In this document: one piece after another, positions 1 through 12,300 of the stretch
Layout: each line of letters begins with the position of its first letter
Numbering within the stretch: the stretch's first letter is position 1
From: Octopus bimaculoides
Lineage: Eukaryota
NCBI RefSeq assembly: GCF_001194135.2
Contig: NC_068995.1
Span: 1,809,109 to 1,873,108 of the forward strand
DNA length: 64,000 nucleotides
Direction of reading: 5' to 3'
Position numbers and translations under genes: made by a program
Notes under the pieces: model-generated
Told to the model about the DNA's origin: nothing
Database searches by the model: none
What the model saw: the letters and a program-made list of their open reading frames with translations, nothing else

Positions 1-1113
1 ACTCAGAATCTAAAGAGCCAGAAGAAATAACACAAAGCATTTTTTCCAATGCTCTACTGATTCTGCCAAACTAAAGAATAAAATTATATTTATAAAAGTT
101 GAAAAAAAAAAAGAAGAAAGTAAAATAAAATAAAATATAAAAATAACTTAGCATTTCATTTAGAGTCTATGAGCTTGTAAGAACCAGAACTGGCAAATTC
201 CAAGAATGTGAGACTTTTACAGCAATAGAATAAGTAGAAGAGGTCCATTCTTCAGTGTCATAGAAATTTCCATAGCTCGGCGCACTTACAGGCAAACCAG
301 AAGATTAANNNNNNNNNNNNNNNNNNNNNNNNNNNNNNNNNNNNNNNNNNNNNNNNNNNNNNNNNNNNNNNNNNNNNNNNNNNNNNNNNNNNNNNNNNNN
401 NNNNNNNNNNNNNNNNNNNNNNNNNNNNNNNNNNNNNNNNNNNNNNNNNNNTATGCATCATCCACCACCACCACCACCACCCCTCAACAACCACCTCCTT
501 CCCATTCCCCAACCCTTACCAATTACAATCCAATGCCGCCCACCTTGACTTCCACAATCAACTCGGCAAAAGGCAACTTCCTGCAATATTTTATAAAAAA
601 AAAAAAGAAGAAAGTAAAATAAAATAAAATATAAAAATAACTTAGCATTTCATTTAGAGTCTATGAGCTTGTAAGAACCAGAACTGGCAAATTCCAAGAA
701 TGTGAGACTTTTACAGCAATAGAATAAGTAGAAGAGGTCCATTCTTCAGTGTCATAGAAATTTCCATAGCTCGGCGCACTTACAGGCAAACCAGAAGATT
801 AAGAATTAGGTAAGACCGAAAACGGACATTCTCCTTGTCGAAAGAAACATCAGTAGACAGTGGCTTAACCAGCAGACAATGGGAAACAGAGAGAATTTTT
901 GGTTAAGGAGGTGAAGAGAGGGAAGAGGGAGGAGCCGTTGAAGAATTGGTTATCATCGTTCCATCAGAATTTCTTCCTCTTCTGGAGAAATGCCACATAT
1001 TTTTTGTATTTTACTTCCCAATAACTACTTCACTCTGTGAGAGACACATTCAGGATGTTGATCATTAAAATAATCTCTCATTCTGGCTCTCTTTATGCAT
1101 ATAAATGTGTGTG

Positions 1114-1161
<48 letters not shown>

Positions 1162-1433
1162 TACACATGCACACACACATACATTCATAATATATATATG
1201 CACATATAAATATATATGCACATATGTAATACATAATGCAATATATATTTTTATTAATATTTAGAAGTAACAGAGTGATTCAAGGTCCGAGCGTTTCGTG
1301 CGTTGGCACTTATCAATGCAAATATATATACATATATATATATATATATACATATATATGCAAACATGTATATACATGTACACACACACACACATGCACA
1401 TACATGTATGTATATATATATGTATGTACGTAC

Positions 1434-1468
<35 letters not shown>

Positions 1469-2619
1469 CATCTATTTCATTATTGTTTACCAGTCTGTTT
1501 TTCTTTCTATCTATCTGCATGTATATGGGTGTCTGTGTGTCTGTGTGTATAATATATTATATTATATGTATGTATGTATATGCATGTTTATGCACACACA
1601 TATATATGCTCACAAGTACAATCGACCATACACACGGATGCAAAAGAAGCACATGTCTATGACCCAATGCTGAGCCCCTCTTGGCAGCCACTTGATTAGC
1701 TAGAAATATGATTCAAATCTGCCTCAAATTACATCCTATCACCTTAGAAAATGACGGATTATTTAATCCTGAAGACATTATGGCTGGAGAAAGGCATGAT
1801 GGAAGTCATTGGTCAAGAGGTTTGTGAGATCAGAATTGACTTGGGGTTAAACAACAACCCACACATGCCAACCACTACCCACACTACCTCTAAATATAAA
1901 TAAAGGAACTAGAACAAACCAGATGGTCACAGCTGGACGATTGGATTTATCGCCTGATGATGGTTGGTGGTGGTGGTGGTGGTGGTGGTTTAGGAGGTTG
2001 GTGATTGTGAGGTTAATGCTTGTAGTGGCGGTGGTGGTGGCAGTGGTAGCGGTGGTGGTAGTGATGATGATGATGATGCTTGTTTATGAAGATGGTGATG
2101 ATGGTTGAAATGATGATGATGATGATGATAATGACTATAGTGATGAGCTCATCTAATGCAGTTATGGTATTGTGTAATACACACACACATGCACATACAT
2201 ATACATACATACATACATACATACATACATACATACATACATACATACATACACACACACACATACACACACAAGACGTCCATGTAAGTGTTAAAAACAT
2301 ATTGTTAATGCAATGAACAATAAAAGAAAGAAGAAAAGCAACACAATTTTTTCCCAAAATTGTATTTTGCTGAACACTGAGAAAGGAAAGGAAAGATGTT
2401 CTTAGTCGTTCGTCAGAAGGAAAGCATAAAAGGAGAAAGAGAAAAATGGCACTCTTCCTATTCTTCTGATGATGGACTAATGCGTGAAACATTAAGAATC
2501 ATCTTCCTTCCTTCCTCTAAGTGTTAAGCTTGTCCCTGCTTTGTTTTATTGTTCATTGCGTCTACAGTATACATACATACATGCATACATACATACATGC
2601 ATACATACATACATATATA

Positions 2620-2840
2620 TCATCATCATCATCATCGTCATACGTCCGTTTCCCATGCTGGCATGGGTTGAACGGTTTGACAGGAGCTGACAAGCTGGAG
2701 CACTGCTACTCCATGCTCCAGTCGTCTGTTTTGGCATGGTTTCTACAGCTGGACGCCCTTCCTAACATGGCAACCACTTTCCAGAGTGTAGACTGGGTGC
2801 TTTATATGTGACACCATCAGGGTTGCTTTTCACACGGCAC
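2620..2840 (-). mobile_element. Older (ATG)n-tailed SINE copy
   Basis: ccatgctggcatgggttg...ctacagctggacgcccttcc; related copies at about 27200-27420 (-), 29527-29680 (+), 44481-44790 (-), 62280-62380 (+). Confidence 0.75.
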
Positions 2841-3491
2841 CAACACACTTTTTTTATGAAATTCTTTGTTATTTTCAAAATTTCTTTAAACAAAAACAGG
2901 GCATTTCAACAGAAATTTGCTAACAAAGAAAAAAAAAAAGATTTAAAAAAATATATTTCCTACATGTCAGGTTAAAAAGGTTTCCTGTCAATGCTCCATG
3001 TGAATCCCATGTGCACATGAATGCATGTCTTGCAGTCTGTGCACATAAAGAAATTTCTGTGTGCACGAAAGGGTTAATTGCTTAAAATAATACTTTAATT
3101 ATTAATTATCCTTATTACACATTCAGCGCGCACAGAGTTCCGTCAAGGTAAAAAGAAAGAAAGAAACAAGACTTTTGCACAAACTGATTGCTAAATATGA
3201 AGAAGAAGAAGAATGTTGCATCCAAGCAAGGTTTCTGCTTTTCTAATCTGTTGTTATCTCTCAAAGACGAAATAATGAAGCTTTGTTCCTTGGTTAGAAA
3301 CCAGCCTCTTCTTTATCGAAAGAATTCAAAGAATTATAAAAAAGACAAGAGACACACGCACACACACGTATGCAGACACACACACACACACGTATATAAC
3401 GTGTGTGTGTGTGTGTGTGTGTATGATGACTTTTGCAGTGACACTGTCATGGTGGCAGTTGTGATTCTCATTCGTACCGTCATTGTTGTTG

Positions 3492-3524
<33 letters not shown>

Positions 3525-4509
3525 CCACTATCATTGTTGTCATCAGTATTGCTAACAACATAAAAACCACCACACTACCACTACCAGCTCCACCGTCACC
3601 CCCATCGTCAGCATCAGCATCTTTTCCACCAGCAATGTTACTGTCATTACACACACACACACACATAAACACACACACACATGCACACACACACACGCAT
3701 GCACACACGCATGCACACACACGGACACATGCATGCACACACGCATGCATACTCTGTTCATGTCATCAATTCTTTCATTTCTTCCTCTGTCGTGACTTTT
3801 GGCAACATCTGTGTTGATGTGATGTATGAAGGGGAGGAGGAGGATGGTGGTGGTGGTGGTGGTGGTGGGGAGATGAGGAGGATGGTGGGATAGTGTGTAG
3901 TGAGGGTGGAGGTTGATGCTGGTGGCAGTGCCGTAATGGTGGTGGTGGGGGTGGGGGTGACAGCAGCAATCACATTTCTAGTGGCGATGGTGATGATGAT
4001 GATGATGATGTTAATTGCAGTGATGTATTGATGGTAGCTTTGAGGATTATCATCATCATCATCATCATCACATCACTGTCAGCACTCCATTACCATCACC
4101 ATCATCATCATTACTACCACCATTACCACCATCATCATCATCATCATTACTACCACCATCATCATCATCATCATTGTCATCATCATCATCACCGTCATTA
4201 TCACAGCCAACAATTCCTTCAGCACTACAACCACACACACACACACACACACACACATTGCCACCACCACCAGCAACAACACCGCCGCCACCATCAGGAT
4301 CTTTGTACACAAAAGACTGAATCTAACATGGTCGTCACCAAAACTTGAACTCTCAGACACATGCACTCTCTCTCTTTCTCCCCCCTCTCTTTCTCCTTCC
4401 CTCTCTCTCTCTCTTTTCTCTTCCTCTTTCTCTGTACTTTCCCTCCTCCCCCTCTCTCTTTCTTTGTAGGAACATGTGTGTGTATATATGTTCATTCATA
4501 TTTCTCTAT

Positions 4510-5296
4510 ATCTTGTGTGTGTGTGTGGTTATTTATTAGTTTGGATGCGTGTAAATGTGAGTGTAGAAACTTGCCTGTAGGTGTGTGAGTTTGTGTATTG
4601 GTATATATGTGTGTGCATGTCTTTATGTGGGCGTCTGCATGTGTGTGTGCGCATGTATGTAGATGTGTACTTGTTAATTTGTATGTCAGAGCAGGTGCTT
4701 GTAGGTGAGTGTGAGCGTGTTCACCGTGTGTGGGTGTGTGTGTGGATTGGTGTGCATGTGTGTGTGTGTCAGTTTGTGTGTAGGTGTATGTACATAAGAC
4801 CATGTGTAGGAGTAGGGGCATGTGTGTAGGTGTGTGTGTGTGTAGGAACAGGTGTGTGCGTGTGTTTGTGGATTGGTGTGTGCGTGTGTGTGTGGGGGGG
4901 AATAGGTGTGTGCGTGTGTGTTAGTTTGTGTGTAGGTGTATGTACATATGACCATGTGTAGGAGAAGCATGTATGTAGGTGTGTTCACGTGTGTGTGTTG
5001 GTTTGTTTACATATGTATGTATAGTCATGTGTGGGTGTAGAAGTATGTATGTTGGTTTGTATTCGTTGGTGTTTGCAGAGGTGGGCCCACGTGTATGCTG
5101 AAAAAGTGTGTGGGTGTGTTTATGTGCGTGGGTGTATCTATGTGAGTGTATACATATGTACTTATTGAGTGTGGGTGTGGAACTCAATATGTAGGCGTGG
5201 AGTTTTGTGAAGGTGTATGTAAGATCGCATGGAGGTGTAGAAGTAGATGCATGTGTGTATATAAGTATGCACAGAGATGTGTGTGACTGTTTCATT

Positions 5297-5328
<32 letters not shown>

Positions 5329-5401
5329 TATATTTATATACATAGATACACATGTAAGTTTGTGTATGGGTATAGATGTATGTATGCAGATCAGTATGAG
5401 A

Positions 5402-5440
<39 letters not shown>
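4510..5440. repeat. Compound (TG)-rich satellite with internal duplications
   Basis: gtggattggtgtg...agtttgtgtgtaggtgtatgtacata.gaccatgtgtaggag occurs twice. Confidence 0.8.
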
Positions 5441-5638
5441 GGGTGTGTAATCATATGCATTGCTATGTGGCAAGTAGTTTGCTTCTCAATGACAAGGTTC
5501 TAAGTTCAGTCAGTCCCACTGTGTGGTACCTGGACCAGGTGTTTTTTTTAAAATTTTATCACACTAGGCTGACAAAAGCCTTGCAAGTGGATTTTGTAGG
5601 CAGAAATTGAAAAAGCTTGTTACATTTATACATGTATT

Positions 5639-5694
<56 letters not shown>

Positions 5695-6045
5695 TCTCTG
5701 TGTGCGTGTATGTGTCTATTTGTGTCACTGTCTCCTCACCATGACATCATGTGATAATTGTAAACAAGTGTCACCATTATGCAACCAGTGTTCTTCACTT
5801 CCAGTTTTCTGCATAAATATGCCCATTCATGGATGAATATTAGCTTGGCTTGGAAATAGATGAGGGTTGGTGACCGGAAAGGCATCCAGCTGTAGACAAA
5901 TCTGTTTCAACAATTTTTATCCAAGACATGCAGGCATAGAAAAGCAGACGTTAAAACGATAATGTTGATGATGATGATGGTGATAGTGATGATATAAATA
6001 CACATATATGTGTCTTTTTATACACACACACACACACACATATAG

Positions 6046-6140
<95 letters not shown>

Positions 6141-6493
6141 TGTATTAGTTAGCTTCAATACCCCCTCCCCCTCTTCTCCCTTTTCCCTAGTAATATTATT
6201 ACATTTCCTGTCTATACAATTATACGTAATAATGCTGTGTCAAGATAAAGTGATTCTTGAGCGGAAAGCTTGTTAGAGAAGCCATGCTTGGATACAAACA
6301 GAACCACATACAAACAGACACAGTCACACATACATATGTGCATGCATACACACATACATACATAAACACATATACACAAACATATGTATATATATACATA
6401 CATATATATATATTCAGATATGTATATACATAGCCACTTGCTCATGCCTCATGGTGAAATGCCTACAAGCACAGCCATACATACATACATACA

Positions 6494-6550
<57 letters not shown>

Positions 6551-6551
<1 letters not shown>

Positions 6552-6761
6552 CATCATCATCATCATCATCGTTTAACGTCCGCTTTCCATGCTAGCATGG
6601 GTTGGACGATTTGACTGAGGACTGGTGAAACCGGATGGCAACACCAGGCTCCAGTCTAATTTGGCAGAGTTTCTACAGCTGGATGCCCTTCCTAACGCCA
6701 ACCACTCAGAGAGTGTAGTGGGTGCTTTTACGTGTCACCCGCACGAAAACGGCCACGCTCG
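6551..6761 (-). mobile_element. SINE 3' part with (ATG)n tail, young subfamily
   Basis: About 98% identical to the copies at 8561-8722 and 21340-21490; runs into an N gap. Confidence 0.85.
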
Positions 6762-7478
6762 NNNNNNNNNNNNNNNNNNNNNNNNNNNNNNNNNNNNNNN
6801 NNNNNNNNNNNNNNNNNNNNNNNNNNNNNNNNNNNNNNNNNNNNNNNNNNNNNNNNNNNNNNNNNNNNNNNNNNNNNNNNNNNNNNNNNNNNNNNNNNNN
6901 NNNNNNNNNNNNNNNNNNNNNNNNNNNNNNNNNNNNNNNNNNNNNNNNNNNNNNNNNNNNNNNNNNNNNNNNNNNNNNNNNNNNNNNNNNNNNNNNNNNN
7001 NNNNNNNNNNNNNNNNNNNNNNNNNNNNNNNNNNNNNNNNNNNNNNNNNNNNNNNNNNNNNNNNNNNNNNNNNNNNNNNNNNNNNNNNNNNNNNNNNNNN
7101 NNNNNNNNNNNNNNNNNNNNNNNNNNNNNNNNNNNNNNNNNNNNNNNNNNNNNNNNNNNNNNNNNNNNNNNNNNNNNNNNNNNNNNNNNNNNNNNNNNNN
7201 NNNNNNNNNNNNNNNNNNNNNNNNNNNNNNNNNNNNNNNNNNNNNNNNNNNNNNNNNNNNNNNNNNNNNNNNNNNNNNNNNNNNNNNNNNNNNNNNNNNN
7301 NNNNNNNNNNNNNNNNNNNNNNNNNNNNNNNNNNNNNNNNNNNNNNNNNNNNNNNNNNNNNNNNNNNNNNNNNNNNNNNNNNNNNNNNNNNNNNNNNNNN
7401 NNNNNNNNNNNNNNNNNNNNNNNNNNNNNNNNNNNNNNNNNNNNNNNNNNNNNNNNNNNNNNNNNNNNNNNNNNNNNN
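6762..7478. other. Assembly gap (others at 309-451, 14457-14482, 31011-31020, 40997-41376, 58896-58922)
   Basis: Runs of N. Confidence 1.
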
Positions 7479-8119
7479 TACTAGCTTAGAATGCTAGTAT
7501 ATAGCTTTTAAGCAGCTGACTCCGAATGGAAGATTGGCAAACAGATCTCTGACTTGTTTTGAGGAATTTCCAGATTGCGGGTCCGAATTCAGCCCAGAAT
7601 GTTTTTAATTTACTCACAGAGTCACCCTGATTCCAAATATTCTGCTTAATACCACAGATTTGCTTGTCAGTTGTTTGACCTTAACCAGTTGAGCATGTCC
7701 CTTGGTGGCTGATGATATGTGCATCTCTAATCATGAGCAGAAGTAGTGGGGGAGCATAGCCATGTGTTGAGAGGAATTCACTGGGATTTAAATAATTCAC
7801 CTTTGTAAACATGGGTGTTTTGCTCAACATCCTTTTGAGCAGGATGGGTTACTCAACCTGAAGAAAATTCTAACTGGGCCCTACCTGCAAGGTCATGTGC
7901 TGTTTATCTTGATATGAGATCACCATGTCGCACACATTTGGTTATGATGCATGTGCCTGGTGTACTCTTTTCAGACGGGTAGTCATGATAGGGAATATTG
8001 GACTTTGTATAATTGTACCCCAGTGTCACTTTGATGGCATGCACTGCTCGCTCACTCAATGATGATGATGATGACGGTTAATAACTTTGTGATGAACCCT
8101 GTTCTTTCTCTTTTTGTAG

Positions 8120-8279
8120 GGTTGCTGTACATGGGGGAATGTTAGTGGCCGTAAGGTTATTCTGCAACCAGTGAGTATCCTGACATTGACCAAAGCAGTT
8201 GAACAAGAAGCTCTGAGAAAGGTAGCACTGACCAAAGCACAAAAAATAATGCCAGACTGTACCATAGAGATTCCAAAAG
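8120..8279 (+). CDS. ARHGAP6: ARHGAP6-like exon ([13 protein letters not shown]...CTIEIPK)
   Basis: tttttgtag acceptor, G|gttggt donor; resembles human GDFTWNSMSGRSVRL...CQITIPK. Confidence 0.85.
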
Positions 8280-8494
8280 GTTGGTAAAACTCTTTCAAGT
8301 CCCTATTTTCAGTGTCTGTCTCTCTTTCAGTCTGTCAATGTGTCTGTCAGTCTGTCTGATTGACTGTCTGTATCCCTGTAACAGTTTTCTTTTAAACATT
8401 TTATTTCATTTTAGAATGGTCTTAAACCACTATTGTCCCTGAAAGGTGTTTTTTATATGTGCGTGTGTGTGTGTGTATGTATATGTATGTATGT

Positions 8495-8565
<71 letters not shown>

Positions 8566-9279
8566 TGGTTGGCGTTAGGAAGGGCATCCAGCTGTAGAAA
8601 CTCTGCCAAATTAGATTGGAGCCTGGTGTTGCCATCCGGTTTCACCAGTCCTCAGTCAAATCGTCCAACCCATGCTAGCATGGGAAGCAGACGTTAAACG
8701 ATGATGATGATGATGATGATGATATATATATATATGGGGTTGTGCGAGTGTGTGAGTCTAAATTAATGAATGACAAGAAAACTAAAGTTATGAAATGACT
8801 TTCACTAGCTAACAGCTGTTTCTGCTATAGGAAACTGATGCACCCAGAGCTGGGTGGCAGTGCAGCATCTCATAACTTCCTCAGAGCCATTTTAATGAAG
8901 TGTTGTTTGTTTTTTTTTACTGCAGCATGTGTGGATGCCAAACGACAGAAGCGGCTGAAAAAACGGTCTCAGTCTGTGAACCTTGGTGGCCTTCTATCAC
9001 AGAAAGGTAAGCTGCTGAAATTCTACCATTTTCAAAGACATTAGCACCAATTTCTTCATATACCCAGCAATTACATTTTCTGCTTTGCCACTTATAAGGT
9101 TTTGGTTAGCTTGGGGCAGTAGTAGAAGTCACTTGCCCAAGCTGCTGCTGCTGCTGCTACGGGATTGAAACCCAAATGGCATGGCTGGGAAGCAATCTTT
9201 GCAACCACAGCCATATCTGTGCCTCACATGACCATACATACTCACATATATGCAAGCACACTTGCAGAGACACACACGC

Positions 9280-9320
<41 letters not shown>

Positions 9321-12300
9321 TACACATACAAACACACACACACAAACACATACACTCACATTTGCATGCTCAGATATTATGTTGGAGAGTTCCAAATTCT
9401 GGATTAGTTAATCCAGATTACAAAAAGATAAATCCTGTCATTGCAACCTGTTGCAATGATCTCGTTAATCTTTAATTGCTCTTTAATTAGTTTGTGATTG
9501 GTTTCTGATTCATCTATGATTAGTCTTTAATTGATTTGTGATTGGTGTGTGATTGATCTTTGATTGATCTTTAAACTTTGGGTGCAAAGAATCTGTGATC
9601 TGTTGGGTATGGCTTTCATTACTTCTTAATTATTCTTTAAACTGGCATTTGATTGAACGCTAATTAGTTTTGGATTATCATGAATTGATCTGTTAAATTT
9701 TGTTCCAGAGGAACCACGACCTGTTGGTTTGGTCTTTGAAATTCCATTGTCAAGGTGTATAGCAAATGAAAATAACTTGAAGAAGCGGCGTAACAAATCC
9801 CTGGGAGAGGCAACAGAGAAACGTGAATTGAAGTAAGTAAGAATTGCTAGCTTTCACAACAGCGACAATAATAATGTTACATCTGTTCATGTTCTGAGTT
9901 TGTTGTGTCCTTAAGATGTTTGCTTGGAAATCTGTTGGTTCTGAGTTCAGTCTCATTCTATGGACTTTAAGCAAATGTCTTTGGGAAAATGTCAAATCTT
10001 CAAGCAATTACATTTTTAGGCAAATGCTTTTGGACAATTGTATTTGGAGCAAATGTCTTTGGGCAATTTTTTTATATCTTTGAGCAAAGGCCTTTGGGCA
10101 TATATCTTTGCGCAATTATTTTGGCCAAATGCCTTTGAGCAAATGTTTTTGGCACCTTGGACACTATAGCTCTGGACTGACCAAAACCTTCTTAGTGAAT
10201 TTGGTAGACAGAAACTAAAAGGTGGCTATTGTGTGTGTGTGTGTGTGTCTTCTTGTCTTGACACATGATAGATGTAAACAAATGTCACTGTTACACAAGC
10301 AGTGCCATTTATTTCTGAGAAAACCTGTCTCTGACCATTTTGGGGAAATATTCCTTTGTTTGGTAAGGGTTGGTGACAGGAAGAGCATTCGCCTGTAAAA
10401 AATCCACTTCTATAAACCCTGTTCGCAGAAAAGTGAACTTTAAAGCAATGATGACGAGGAGGAAGGTGATGGTTATCCAGTCAGAGAGGAGTGATGTGTG
10501 AGTAGCCATTGATGGAGTAAATACCAGTTATATATCAGGGTGTCAATTCATTCAACTATCATGTTAACTCAGACAGAAATTGTCAGTGCATCTTGTGGCT
10601 TGTCGAAATCAATCGATTGTTAAGTGGATTGCCACATTGTTGACAATCCGGCTGAACTTTAATGTTGATCCTTGCTAAATGTCAAGAAATATTACTTAAA
10701 GATGGAATTTGAAATGTGGCAGAAAAATTATCCCAAATCATTTCCACCAATCTCTTCACGGTTCTTCTGAGCAAAAGGAGGAAAGAGGGGATTGAGGAGA
10801 TGGCTGTGTGGACGTGTGTGTGTGTGTGTGGATATATGTATGTATACACTTGTGCATGTATGCGTGAATATGCATACACATATCTGTACATATATATATA
10901 TATATATACACACAAAATATATACACAAACACACGTGTGCACACTCACACACACACATGTATACACGCACACATGTATGTATATACACACATGCACACAC
11001 ACATATATACATAAATACACACACATATATGTGTGTGGTGGGGTATGTGTGGATATATGTGTATATACACATGTGCATGTATGTGTGTATGTACATGCAC
11101 ACATCTGTACATACATATATACACACAAAATATATACACAAACACACACACAAACAACCATGCACATGCATACATATACATAAATACACACACATACACA
11201 CATGTATGTGCGTAATGGAGGACAGAGTTGTTAAAACTTTGCAACAGTTTTTCTTGAAGATCAATATTTTTACTTTCTTCTTATTTGTTTGTTCAATTGG
11301 TTGATTGACTGATTAAGTGATTAATCATTGATTAATTATTCTTCTTCTTCCTCCTCCTCTCCCCCTTGCTACTTCAGACAACCTTGTACATCTTCAGAAG
11401 GTTCCACAGAAGCCTTGATTGGACACAATGGTAACGCTGCACATCCACTGGAGACATCAAACAATCGCTCTGTGAGTAACATCATCAGCATCATCATCAT
11501 CATCACCATAATCTTATTCTTCTTTTTCTTTCCTTCCTTCCTTCTTCCCTTTTTTTTCACCTCCTCTTTCTCCTCTTTCTCCTCCTTCCCCTCGTATTTT
11601 TCCCATTCTCCATCTCACTCCACCACCACCACCACCTGCTTCTCCCCTCCTCTTCTGCATCTTCCTCTTCTTCCCCTTCCTCTTCCTCGTCCTCCCCTCA
11701 TCCACCTCCTCCTTCGCATTTCTTTCCTTCCCCTTCTCCTCTCCTCTTCCTCCTTCTCCTCTTTCTCTGCCTTCCCCTCCTTCTCTTCACTCTACCATGA
11801 CCACAATCACCACCTCCTCCCCTCTTCCTCTTCTGCATCTTCCTCATCTCTTCCTCCCCTTCATCACCCTCCCCATCTCCTTCTCCCCTCCTCTTCTCCC
11901 CTCCCCTCCTCTTCTCCCCCTCCTCGTGTTCCTCCTCATTCAATGCTTTAATGATTTTAGTGAAATGTTGAATAAATTCCGTTTTTTTCTTTTCAGTTCC
12001 ACGCAGGCAGCACCGACTCTTTGTCTGAGTCAGAAGGGAACCCTGAGCAAACAGACAAGGGTTCAAGTCTCATTGAAGCATTATCTTTATCAATATCCGG
12101 AAGAGAAAGTGTTAATGATGAAAACCTTCAACACCTTTCTGGAGATGGTCCAATGGTGCCACAGATAGTTCTGGCTTGTTTCAGACATATAGAGACATAT
12201 GGTAAATATCGTATTAAGGAATATATATACATACATACATACATGTGTGGTTGACATGGAGCAGACAGGGAAGGAGAAAGAGAGACACAAAAATGGAGGG

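Larger units (their letters stand above)
1020..6550. repeat. Microsatellite-dense region (TA, CA, TACA, CAT, GGT)
   Basis: Source of the YIYIY/HTHT/MMMM ORFs in the track. Confidence 0.9.

Noticed and set aside
785-1020. Possible minus-strand exon ending at a gcct|gtaagt donor
   Set aside because: All three frames hit stops before a usable acceptor; no recognisable protein
2396-2530. 43-aa ORF MFLVVRQKE... as a possible RhoGAP first exon
   Set aside because: No donor in the phase needed for 8120; no homology
1025-6614. Dozens of ORFs reading YIYIY, HTHTH, CVCVC, MMMM, HHHH
   Set aside because: Translations of di-, tri- and tetranucleotide microsatellites, which lack stops in some frames; the same applies across the window
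6625-7497. Long ORFs spanning X runs (also 258-512 and 40858-41741)
   Set aside because: Artefacts of N gaps
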